A stretch of 62,966 bases of DNA, the filler included, from Reticulomyxa filosa (taxonomy: Eukaryota; Protista; Foraminifera): NCBI GenBank assembly GCA_000512085.1. It is 20 parts of 20 records of this genome, joined end to end, with 100 filler letters (N's around TTAATTAATTAA, not from the genome) between each part and the next. Parts side by side here need not be neighbours in the genome. Positions count along the whole stretch, not along the records: positions 52,510 to 54,117 come from ASPP01029058.1; positions 54,218 to 55,447 come from ASPP01001883.1; positions 55,548 to 58,688 come from ASPP01027767.1; positions 58,789 to 60,062 come from ASPP01010966.1; positions 60,163 to 61,304 come from ASPP01038004.1; positions 61,405 to 62,966 come from ASPP01010383.1; 14 more parts are not named here. One strand, given 5' to 3'. Made by a program: the position numbers and the translations under genes. The stretch's first letter is position 1, and the number at the start of each line of letters is the position of its first letter. Below, in pieces: positions 52,410 to 62,966 of the stretch. Under the pieces are notes generated by a model that saw nothing but the letters and a program-made list of their open reading frames with translations, was not told the DNA's origin and searched no databases.

Positions 52410-52749
52410 NNNNNNNNNNNNNNNNNNNNNNNNNNNNNNNNNNNNNNNNNNNNTTAATTAATTAANNNNNNNNNNNNNNNNNNNNNNNNNNNNNNNNNNN
52501 NNNNNNNNNAATGAATGCAAATGGAAGAATGAAATCACAAAGAATGATATTAGTTCTATTCGTATTTCCATTGTTGGATACCTGGAATTTGTTACGTTAT
52601 GTCTTTAATTGGTTATAGTCTATATATGTGTGTGCTATTTACAATAGATTAATCAGGATAATAAAGAAAATGAAGTTAATTAATTGTGTGCTCTTTTGTT
52701 CTTGTTTCTAATCGAATGGCTATAACAAATATAAATAGTTGACAGCATG

Positions 52750-53327
52750 TGTGATAGTAGATGAAAGAAAAAAATTGATAAAAATGAAACAATTGACATT
52801 TGAAGAGCTTCTTTTTCAGTGCCATCATTGCTTAGAATCAAAGGATTTTCAAAAGATAAACAAAAAAAATTTAAAACTGCAAATAGTCGAGTGAAGAATA
52901 ATATTATTGAAACAGATGGAGTTGTTATGGGGGAATTTAAAAGTAAGGAGCCTACATTTAAAATTACTTGGACTTATCTCAACAGATAGTAATTGGAAAA
53001 ATGAAAACAATCAAAAATGCATTAGTAGTGATGATTGCTATTAGCGAATACAAAGATAACAAGAAATGGCCAAATCTCGATAGGGATACCAACAATTTCA
53101 AAAGCATATTTAAACAAGAATTGAATTACGAATTTGTGTGCAATGAAGAGCCTAAGATGAATAAAAAAGATGTTAATGAATTTTTGGCAGATTTAATATC
53201 TACTCATAAACTTCACAAAAACAAAAAGGAGTATGATGCACTGATAATGATAATAAACGAACATGGAGATGAAGAAGTTATATTGGTAACGAGCGAGGGA
53301 AATTCCATTCCGATTAATATATATTAG
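52750..53327 (+). pseudogene. Caspase-like (peptidase C14 fold) relic, truncated before the catalytic Cys
   Basis: NALVVMIAISEY....WPNL..RD..NFKSIF..ELNY and YDALIMIINEHGDE..LVTSEG (His-Gly motif). The upstream part is frameshifted. The ORF stops at 53327 with no xACRG-like motif. Confidence 0.7.
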
Positions 53328-53749
53328 CAACACCTAGATTGGTTAATAATACAAGCAAATGACAAAATAATGATTGTCTTTTTTTTAATTGATTGTAAAT
53401 CAGATAAAATAATCTTATGTTCACGCTGCCTTTTTATGCTTTAAAGAAAGGTCTGAATGACATTGTAATATTTTTTTATCGAGTTTTTAGTTTCTGGAAT
53501 AAATAAAAAAAAATAATTCTTATGTTCACCAACTATGAGTTGAACAATTGCATGAACTATAAAAAGAAAAGAATTTTTCAAGAACATTATTCATCACAAA
53601 AGTTTGGTGAAATTGAAAAACTAATGCACAAACGAACTCTCCAAGGAAGAAACACTCGAAGATGAGATGTTTTGGACTACAGAATTGATTCAACTTTATT
53701 TGGGTTGTTTATTTCAATCAACTGGTTCAGACATTGACGCAAACAAAGA

Positions 53750-54117
53750 ATGGCGAAAGAATATATCAAAAAAATAACAACAATTAGAGTAAATACATTT
53801 GATCACAATAATGACAACAAAACACACAAGACTAAAAAGAAAAAAAACAGTAAGGATGAGTCAATGTGTTTTTGTTGTGGCATATTTCATTATCGAGTGG
53901 ATTGGACGGACGACATTGCACAGTTTTGTATTGTGCCAGTGTTGTTTTTCATTTCCACGTGTTTGTGCGTATTCCGAGTCCGTGTATTTGCTTTGCTTCG
54001 ACTAATGCAGCAACAGCATGCTTTGCAATACATTGTATTATCATCGCTATCATTGAGACTCAATCGAAAGCGTCTTTGGCAGCGGCCAATGCAAGAGGCG
54101 AAGAAGAAAAAAGAGGA
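53750..54117 (+). CDS. Hypothetical protein fragment, possibly membrane
   Basis: ORF with a hydrophobic stretch that runs into the contig end. No motif recognised. Confidence 0.25.
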
Positions 54118-54715
54118 NNNNNNNNNNNNNNNNNNNNNNNNNNNNNNNNNNNNNNNNNNNNTTAATTAATTAANNNNNNNNNNNNNNNNNNNNNNNNNNN
54201 NNNNNNNNNNNNNNNNNTGTATAATTTGAATCTTTTCTTCTTCAGACTGTTTGAACCACAAATTATATACGATAAATAAAAATAAACTTTCTGAAAGATT
54301 GTAATACAGCTTACCAATACTAGTTGTGTTGGAGCTTGCTTCTCATTACTAAGGTTGTCATTTTTTTTTTTGTTAAGTTCGTTTTTGATGATGTAAAATG
54401 GAAGATATTGAACTTTTTTTTATCTAAAGGGCGATGAAAGGGGTTTTCAAAAATATGTTGGCGACGTGAAAAACAGGATTTTAGCAAACATGTTAGTTTT
54501 TTTTTTTCAAAAGATTTTCAACAAAAACTTTAAAAACAGCTTTTTAAATTTTTTTGTAGTTCTAAAGAATGTTTGAAAACAAAAAGGAATTTTGACGTGG
54601 GGATAAAAAGTGTAATTTAATACATCTTTTATAAACTTTAAATGTGTTTGTTTCTTATTTTTAAATTGACTATTGCTTTGTAAGCTTGAAAGGTAAAAAT
54701 TTGTGTATCTGACTT

Positions 54716-55175
54716 TGAAACATAAATTACATAAATGATATATTTTCCATGAATTACTTAGAAATAGTCGAATAAATTGTGTAATTCTTTTTTAGATTAC
54801 TTTATCGTAAAAGATATTTATGCAAAGCATGAATTGATATTCCTTAGACCATTGCAAAGAGGATTTAATTAAAATGTACAACCTTTTGTTTTAATTTTAA
54901 TTTTTTATTAATATGTTTGTTTTGATTTAATCTTTTAAAATATAATTTGAAATAATTAAGAAAAAAATTGGTAAATTTCATATGATTATGAAATAAAACC
55001 AAATTTAAAATCATATCTAACAGATATTTAATTATGCTTCTTCAAAATTTATTTTATCTACTGTATTTCATAATAATCTCATCAAAATCATTGATCCTAA
55101 TTTATCTTTAAAGTTCAAGTCCAATATTTAATAATTAATTTTATTTCATTTTTTGACTGTTTATTATTTGTCAAT
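54716..55175. repeat. Dispersed AT-rich repeat related to contig 4827-6082
   Basis: 54716-54843 matches 5081-5215 on the same strand. About 55090-55175 matches about 5945-6025 as the reverse complement (caaataataaac.gt.aaaaaatgaaat; aaagataaa.ttagg). Confidence 0.6.
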
Positions 55176-57169
55176 AATTTCACAAGAAATTTATTTATGT
55201 TTAATCAAAATAAGTAATAAATAAACAAATTATTATTAACTGTGAAGGATCCCATTCACGCATTTTGGTCTTCATGTAAGTTGATACTGATGTGTATATA
55301 ATTGTCTTCTTCATTCAATACAATCTACTCTTATCAAATATATTCTAATACTGCCCAATTTTAGCACTATTTTATATTACCAAATGTATTGAAATAATAA
55401 CAAATATTTAAATACAGTAAAATGCAAAGTAAAGTTGACACCTTATANNNNNNNNNNNNNNNNNNNNNNNNNNNNNNNNNNNNNNNNNNNNTTAATTAAT
55501 TAANNNNNNNNNNNNNNNNNNNNNNNNNNNNNNNNNNNNNNNNNNNNTCTCTTAATTTATTGAGTGTATCAGTAAAAATGTGATTGTAATTGTTCCATAT
55601 CTGTGATATTCTCTTTTTTTCGAGCTTATCGCCAAATGCTTTGAATAAATCCATCAAATAATGTTGTTGTTGTAAATTCGTGCTTTATTAAATATATAAA
55701 GCAATGATTTAATGATGATATAAATTTCAAAGCAAAACCCTTTTTTTATTGAGAGTTCAGAACTTGGTTTCAAATAAAAAAATTTTGCTCAGTTAAAATT
55801 TGAGTGAAAGCGAGATGCTAAGCCAAAAACATTTGAATGTTGCTTAAAAACAAATTTTATAGTTAGTCAATGTATTTACTCAAAAAATTGTACAATAAAT
55901 CTTTTTAACAGCTTCGTTTAGGGGTTGTGTCTAAAATTTCAATTGTATATCGTCTCACAAATTTTTTTTAACAGGAAAATGTATAAAAAATTATTGTTCA
56001 TAAACACATATAACAATAAAATCAACTTTAATAAAAGGTCAAAGTTTGATTAATGTGGTTTTAAAGTTTTGGTAAGTGAGCTCACGGGAAAATAGAAGGA
56101 AGACTTCCAGTACACAACTTACTATAATTACGGATTGTGCAAATGTCTTTTTCGCTTGATTTTTCTTTTTAAATCTAAGTTGTTCTGATGTATGCTCACA
56201 ATTAAAAAACTAGGTTAAAAAGTGCAAAAAAATTAGTTTCGAATTTATGTCTTTCTACAAAATTATCGAAGCTATTCCTGTTTACTTTTTTGTTTTGTTC
56301 AAAAATCATTTTTACAACATTAATTTTTCGTTAAACAGAATCCAAGAAAAGTCTATTGAATTAGCTATCATTTTGGAAAAGACTATATACAAATTGGAAA
56401 CAGTAATTGATTATAATTTTGTAGAAATTGTTGAAAAAATTTTTCAAGTTTCATATAATTATTAAACTAACTATTACCATTAATCTTTTCTCCCTGCTTA
56501 AATACTTGTTGCAAAATAGAAACAATCTCCATCGATTGTTCATAGGAAAGTTTACCACGTATCAGTCTTCTTTTTTCCATTTTCGTTCTTAAAATCAGCC
56601 CTTCTGCGTTTACCTTTATTCGTTCTCTTTATAAATGGTGTCGATAATTCGTTGATCGCTGTAAGCTGTGAATAACATGAACGGCTCCAGCTGACAGTTT
56701 TGAAAAAATGGTACTGCAAAAGCAGGAAAAATAAATGAAAATTTTTTTTGGGGTAGTATACGTATCTCGTTCGCATTTGATATAAGACTCCCACCATCAC
56801 CACTGAGTTTCTCGTTTTCTTTATTTTCATTGCTTTGATCTATGCGACCTTATATTGCATGCAAAGCTGTTTGGAACTTCTCAAGCACAAACCTTATAAG
56901 AGACTTTCATAAGGTAATACGCCTCCTTTGGTGTAGTTTTTTGCGCCAACACACGATGCAAATTCTTATTACTATTCGTTCTTTTTTTCAACATTTGCAA
57001 TTGAGTTAACAACTTTCACAATAAACTCCTTTTTGTCTGAAGATTCAATTAATATCTCCCTTCCCCTTCTAAGAAAAAAGTCCACGTGAATAATACAATC
57101 GATAAAAAAAGTTAAAAGCAAAGAATGATTATATCTTAGCAATACAGTAGATTGCAGAAAAAACTGCAT

Positions 57170-57540
57170 ACCTAAATGGCATTATATGAAGATAATCATT
57201 TTTTCCAATGAAAAATAAAGATTTAAACATAATATTTTTAAAAAATATACTAATCTTGTAGTTTTTAAATATGAAATTGGTTTTGTAATAAATGTTGATC
57301 AAAAATATGATTTTTTAAAATTTCGAATGAGTTCATATAATTGAACCTATATTGCAAATAAAAAATTTTAAAATCTTTTGTTTTGATAGTGGAAGCATAA
57401 TCGTGTGGTCTTGCTTTGGAGTGTTAAGATATGTTTATGCATGTAACATTAATTGATGTGTCAATACATATATTTTCAAAGAAATTCTAGTTGATGAAAT
57501 GCTCAAAAAGCATTAATTGGGGTTTAGAAGTAATTAAATT
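57170..57540 (+). mobile_element. Tc1/mariner transposase remnant (N-terminal half of the DDE domain)
   Basis: IIFSNEK (compare VIFSDE) and DSGSIIVWSCFG....ACNIN*CVNTYIFKEILVDEMLK. It shares tagttgatgaaatgctcaaaa.gcattaattggggtttagaag with the 37150-37200 reverse copy. Confidence 0.8.
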
Positions 57541-58226
57541 TAGATTAACATTGTTAAACATCAATGATTAAATGAAGGTAATGTATGTCTATCCGAAATA
57601 TCCTCTTTTTGATTAAAATTACACTCGACATATTGTACATTTTCTTTAGACAAAGTATACTAGATTTTTGAGAGTTAATTTAATGTAGGCAAACACTTCT
57701 ATTTCGTATTTGTCTAATTTGTGATTATTTTCATAATGGTCCATTTATAATGCTTTTCTTGATAGCCACAGTTGATCAACGATCATATTCCCTTCTCTTA
57801 TTATGTTTTGATTAATGAGCCATCTAAAATGATTCAATATTGATTTGGGTGTTGTCTGCCTTTTTTATATCTATCACTGCATTCTTCAAAAGATTCAATG
57901 GCAGCAACAATATTTCAAGTTTTTAAATAATATTCTGTGTTCTTCGAAACAGAATTCTATCATGAATTACTACAAAAACAATTTTGATCGATTATATAAA
58001 AACACAACACTTGAAATGTCTTACAATTTATTTTGATATTTTGATACAATTTTTCATTAATTATTTAAAAAACATTGAATGCAGATTTTTCAATTTTTTT
58101 AAACAACAAAGTAAAATAAAACACATCATTCAATACTTGCACTCGATCAAATCAAACAAGTTTAATATCACCTTACTTTTCTTTAATCAAACATTTCAAA
58201 AAAAAACTGATTCGACAAAAAATAAA

Positions 58227-58688
58227 TTATCCCCAAATACTAACGGGACCTTTCAATGAACCATAACACAAATTTAAATCATATGTAACATTCTTTGTTT
58301 TCTCTTTTTTTTCAATCCAATAAATTTAAGACAAATTATTCCATTATCTTCTTTATCTCCTTTGATCATACACAATTCATTCTTATTTGATCGAATATCC
58401 CAAAAACGAATTGTATTATCCAATGATCCAGAACATATCACTTTTGAATTATCACTACTATCATTTATTACAAATGATGAATATTCAACAGCATGCACAG
58501 ACATTTTATGTCCGTTGAACACTTGAATTTGCTGACCAGATCGAATATCCCACAAACGAACGCTTTTGTCAGATGATCCAGATAATATTGTGTTCACTAA
58601 TTCATTTGATCCATATTTTACACTCTTCACATAATTTGTATGTTCTTTGAATACATTTAATTGTTTTGTTGTTTCAATATCCCATATT
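58227..58688 (-). CDS. WD40-repeat protein, 3' end (5' partial; frameshift near the poly-A at about 58310)
   Basis: IWDIETTKQLNVFKEH, ILSGSSDKSVRLWDIRSGQQIQVFNGH, ICSGSLDNTIRFWDIR, terminal LCYGSLKGPVSIWG*. Confidence 0.88.
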
Positions 58689-58876
58689 NNNNNNNNNNNN
58701 NNNNNNNNNNNNNNNNNNNNNNNNNNNNNNNNTTAATTAATTAANNNNNNNNNNNNNNNNNNNNNNNNNNNNNNNNNNNNNNNNNNNNGGGGGGGGGGAA
58801 TGATTGACATTTGCATTGCAAGGATGCGTTTATATATAACGTCTCCATAATATCAAATGTATGTGTTTATGTGCAG

Positions 58877-59297
58877 TATCCCCGGAAATACTACGCATGC
58901 ACGGACACGGATTATCTTCGGATTGGTGGGGATTTGGGTGCTTATTGTACGAATTAGTGATGGGCTCGCCGCCCTTTTTTATGAAACAAACCAACGATCA
59001 ATCGGATGATGCGCTGTACCAAATGATTCAAACCAACGCTGTCGAGTTTCCACTGTCTGTCAGCAGTGAGCTCAAGGATTTCATCACGCAGCTGCTTGTC
59101 AAAGACTATACCAAACGCCTCGGACACAAACATGGCTTCGATGAAATCGCTTCTCATTCATGGTTCACTGGAGTTGATTGGCTGGGATTGCTCATGAAAA
59201 AGATTCCATCGCCTCTGAAAATAATCTCAGCCACAGTTTTGTAAATCTTACTTTTTTTTTTTTTTTTTTCTTTTGTCCTTTGACTCATTAAAATAAT

Positions 59298-59329
<32 letters not shown>

Positions 59330-59474
59330 AATGATAGCAGGGATACAATGATTACAGAACTTTGACAAAGAGTTCATTGGGAACACACAAAGTGTGCAAG
59401 ATTTTATTGCACGTCGTGGATGGGAAAACGCTTATCCTGATCCTTGGAAATATACCGACTGGGACTATCCCTAG
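58877..59474 (+). CDS. AGC-family Ser/Thr kinase, C-lobe and C-tail (5' partial, spliced)
   Basis: SPEIL...GH...SDWWGFGCLLYELVMGSPPF, KDFITQLLVKDYTKRLG, H.WF.GVDW, then NFDKEF and YTDWDYP*. Confidence 0.9.
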
Positions 59475-60020
59475 GCGTCAGTATTTAATATATCACTAAT
59501 AAAATATATCACATTTGCATTTTTTTTTTTGACGACGAGTAGTGTTTTTGTTTGTTTGTTTTTTTTTTTTTTGCTTGCTCTTTTAATTAAAGTTTGTATT
59601 CACAACAGAGTTTCTTTTACTTTACTTTTCCTTCTTATCTAAGAACCACGAGAGAGAATATTCTGATATCCTGTGGGCTATTTTACTACTAAACTCAGAG
59701 TGACTCTTTTTCGAACAAATATTAACATGTAGCATTAAAAAAAAAAAGTTGGATGTTAGCTTGATGCAGAATAGACAATATCGCCAAATTTAATGTAAAT
59801 TTTGTTTAAACATCAGACAATAATCTCTTTTTCGGCAATTAAACCAGAGCGACACATGCATCAGTTTTTAGAGGACCGAACGAAAAAGATTAGAAATAAG
59901 ACATTTGCGAGTTTGGATATTATCAACTTCAATCAAAATTACATTAAAAGATGGATACAAAATAACGTTGTAGTGATTAGTCGGTCTGTAGCGTAAAAAG
60001 GCGGTTCATTTGGGGCGGCT

Positions 60021-60059
<39 letters not shown>

Positions 60060-60163
60060 AAANNNNNNNNNNNNNNNNNNNNNNNNNNNNNNNNNNNNNN
60101 NNNNNNTTAATTAATTAANNNNNNNNNNNNNNNNNNNNNNNNNNNNNNNNNNNNNNNNNNNNA

Positions 60164-61304
60164 ATGATCAATAAAGGCAAGATCCTAAGCAATGACGTGT
60201 TCAATCTGTGTTGGCTTCACAACAAAAATAAAATGGAAGATGCCATGCTTCAAAAGTGCGAAGAGTTGTTAAACATTGAAAAGTTGTATAATAACATAAA
60301 CGATCAAAAATGGTTGGAAGAGTGCGTCATGGACAATCGAAATTTATTGCTTTGGATGAATGAAGTGAAAGGATCTGAGCACGAGAATAAAGAAGAAAAT
60401 ATAATCACTAATAACAAAGATCAAAATGAAACGTTTGAAAAACGCTTGAAGTGGCACGATCTCCAAACGAAATGCATTAAGGAAATCGAAAAAGCAGAGA
60501 AAAAACTTAAGAAAGCATTTGAGAAAGAGATTACATCGAATGAGGAATCTCTGGACAACTACAAGAAATTGACCCAATTCAATATTAAATCATGCGTGAA
60601 ACATCGAGACAAGGACAAAGAATGTCGCCAAGACAACGATCTCAATGGTGTAAAAAGCATATTTAACGAACAAGAGTTATTGAAAATACAGATCAGCAGC
60701 GAAGACATGGCTTTTAATTTTAAATATGTCTACGACTTTGAAGTTTATTTGAACGAGTTATTGGCCAGGGCTCACATCATGAACGACCCCTTCCAAGCTG
60801 AAATGGAAAATATCTTTCGGAGTTGTGAAGGATGCAAGTTTGAACCAGGTCCAATTAAGACGCACAACCAATGCAAATTGAAAGCACAAGTAGAATACAA
60901 AGATAAAAAGTTTCCAAAATCAGCTCACATTATTGATGTATTACGATGTCAGGCCACGTTCCCCAATATCGAACGTTTAGTGCAAGGATTGGAACACTTC
61001 ACTTCTTTGATCCGTTCTCCACAATATTCTGAGAAATTCAAAGTGGTGCGCGTAAAGAATGTCTTTGAGGACGCACAACAAGGGAAAAATGATAACAACA
61101 ATAACGAAATAACATCATTCAACATCCCTCAAAAGAACAAAGACGTGAAAATAAATCTTTTATTCACAAAAGATGGAAAGAGTATTGTTGGTGAAGTGCA
61201 GTTCCTGTTTGAAATCATGTCAGTTTTCAATCACGAAACGCATCCTTTTTATGAGATATCGAGACAAGAATCGTTTATACTGGGCTCTTTCGAGATTATG
61301 GATA
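60164..61304 (+). CDS. Protein with a RelA/SpoT-like (alarmone synthetase-type) nucleotidyltransferase domain; partial at both ends
   Basis: PGPIKT..QC..K, IIDVLRCQATF, VVRVKN.F, KDVKINLLF, IVGEVQF and H.FYEISR occur in the order of RelA/SpoT SYN motifs. The ORF fills the contig with no intron. Confidence 0.7.
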
Positions 61305-61404
61305 NNNNNNNNNNNNNNNNNNNNNNNNNNNNNNNNNNNNNNNNNNNNTTAATTAATTAANNNNNNNNNNNNNNNNNNNNNNNNNNNNNNNNNNNNNNNN
61401 NNNN

Positions 61405-62299
61405 AGGAGGAGGAGGAGGACGACGACGACGACGACAACGGCGATGAGCCAGCGACGAGCACACACGACACGAACGTGCAGTCGCAAACGACCGAGGCCA
61501 AATGGAGCGACAAGAAAACCAGTGAGCATACTGCACTCCATGGAGACCACGCCAATACAAAGATACCTCTCATTTCCAAACGCAGCTCTCTCCAAATCCA
61601 CATCAGCGAAGTGGACAACCACACCACCATTCATCACAAACACGACAGTGGAAACACGAGTGGCGAAAGCGAGCAAATCACTGAAGTAAGTCCTCTCCCT
61701 GACGAATCCTCCAGTCGAACCGCATCTCCCTCGCCTCGAATACAAGCCAAGGCTATTCCGTTTTAGTGGTTTATATACATATATATATATATATATATGT
61801 GTGTGTATACGTATATATGTACATATATGTACATGTATATATATATATACGTATATATGTGGTCCCCACGTTTCCAACTTTACAAGATTGAACTTTACTT
61901 CTCTTCTCCCCTTCCCCCTTTTTTTTTTTCCCTTTGTGCATGCAGAATGACGGCATTCGATTTGATCGGTATCGTGTCGACGCAAATGCTCAGCAATGTG
62001 TTCACTCGATCGCTGCAAGAGGAAAGGACGATCAAAACATACACGCGATTCGTGACGGACGCGCAGCCGGCAAAGATTTTGTGGGCGATCGAGCAGTCCG
62101 TGGAGAGAATGGCAGACTGCACGTCACGGGTCGAAACGGATCGCTACGAATTGCTTGTCACGAAAAAGTTTTCCAATTCGCGCTCCGTCGTCACTGCCAA
62201 TATTAAGATCTTTCACAGTCCAACCGGGCAATATATTGTGGAATGTCGGCGACAATCAGTTAAGAAAATGTGAAATAAAACCAAATAAATTATATATAC

Positions 62300-62331
<32 letters not shown>

Positions 62332-62966
62332 ATATGTATATATAATTTATTTGATTTGATTTGTTTGATTTGTTTATTTAATTTAGGGTAATGTATTTCG
62401 TTTTCACGAGTTTTTTCAAGAGTTTCAAAACACGTATGAAGACGTGATGGAGCAGATGACAGGCCCGCATTCACTTGGCGCGTCAAGCACGCCGAAGAAC
62501 ATACAGCTGCGCAAGAGCTCTTCTCCTTTGCTAAAGCCCTACGCTCGGAATCCGTTGACGGCGTTTTCCAAGCGAAAGGCGGAAAGCAAGCCTCGGAAAA
62601 AACAGCGTCGACAGAAGCAGCAATCCAACGCTCCGGAGCAACACGTTCCGACAACTACTAGTAGTCGCACAGATCATGGACGGTCCACTTCGGACGGGGC
62701 TGTGTTGGATGATCTGCGTGAAATTGGAGAAGTTGCTGTTTCTTATAGTGACGTGGAGGTGGGTCCTCTGTCCGCTCAATGGACACAAGGGTCTGTGGCA
62801 TCCCCTGTCCATGAGTTGGATGTGGATCACTATCCTCATTCTACACATGGACATAATGTCAGTCATGCTAGTGTCACTAGCATTGCGAGCAATACCTCGG
62901 GCACCAGCAGTGCCAGTGAATTACAACAACCTGTCACAATGACAAAAGGAGGAGGAGGAGGAGGAG
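61405..62966 (+). CDS. C-terminal regulatory region of a CIPK/SnRK3-like kinase (NAF-like plus KA1-like); exons about 61405-61759, 61946-62258, 62388 to end; partial at both ends
   Basis: Spliced reading AIPMTAFDLIG...TRFVT......IL..IE...IKIF......YIVECRRQ.GNVFRFHEFF. The kinase domain is not on this contig. Confidence 0.7.

Larger units (their letters stand above)
1123..61404. other. 19 artificial contig-joining spacers (N44-TTAATTAATTAA-N44, 100 nt each)
   Basis: Identical spacers start at 1123, 4727, 6083, 7409, 10375, 16979, 19245, 23441, 34426, 36727, 47328, 48746, 50675, 52410, 54118, 55448, 58689, 60063 and 61305. TTAATTAATTAA gives stops in all six frames. Many contigs end in homopolymer or microsatellite tracts. 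Confidence 0.97.

Noticed and set aside
56552-58260. Short ORFs around the Tc1 remnant, including a faint TRAF-zinc-finger-like stretch near 57990-58050
   Set aside because: Too degenerate; no consistent frame or complete Cys/His pattern.
1123-61404. Recurring TTAATTAATTAA flanked by Ns as a CRISPR-like or biological repeat
   Set aside because: Exactly 100 nt each time with N padding and six-frame stops: an assembly linker. ORFs ending in XXX-LIN are artefacts of it.
1-62966. Treating the immune-like genes as a physical defence island or operon
   Set aside because: They lie on different contigs joined artificially, and the DNA is eukaryotic with spliceosomal introns.
1-62966. tRNA, rRNA or other structured ncRNA genes
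   Set aside because: None recognised by eye. tRNAscan-SE or Infernal would be needed to exclude them.

Overview
This is eukaryotic (protist) genomic DNA, not one continuous locus. It consists of 20 short contigs joined by 19 identical artificial 100-nt spacers (N44-TTAATTAATTAA-N44, stops in all six frames), so adjacency across spacers has no biological meaning. The sequence is AT-rich, with short GT-AG introns full of poly-A/T and (TA)n tracts. The WD40, U-box, caspase-like and NACHT-HEAT families resemble those I associate with the foraminiferan Reticulomyxa filosa (inference, not verified). Recognisable genes, many partial: a plant-type LRR protein, an ATRX-like SNF2 helicase, two USP-type genes, a DH-PH RhoGEF, a divergent actin, PH and WW proteins, an AGC kinase, a CIPK-like kinase tail, an RNF213-like AAA+/RZ-finger E3, a ~2000-aa intronless NACHT-HEAT-ankyrin protein and a RelA/SpoT-like protein. 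There are also CK1, caspase-like, U-box and WD40 relics and three Tc1/mariner remnants. The strongest leads are (1) the NLR-like STAND protein with a putative C-terminal CE-clan-like cysteine protease, (2) the RelA/SpoT-type nucleotidyltransferase domain in an apparently non-plant eukaryote, and (3) the RNF213-like protein with an intact RZ finger. All domain calls come from reading motifs by eye; no searches were run.
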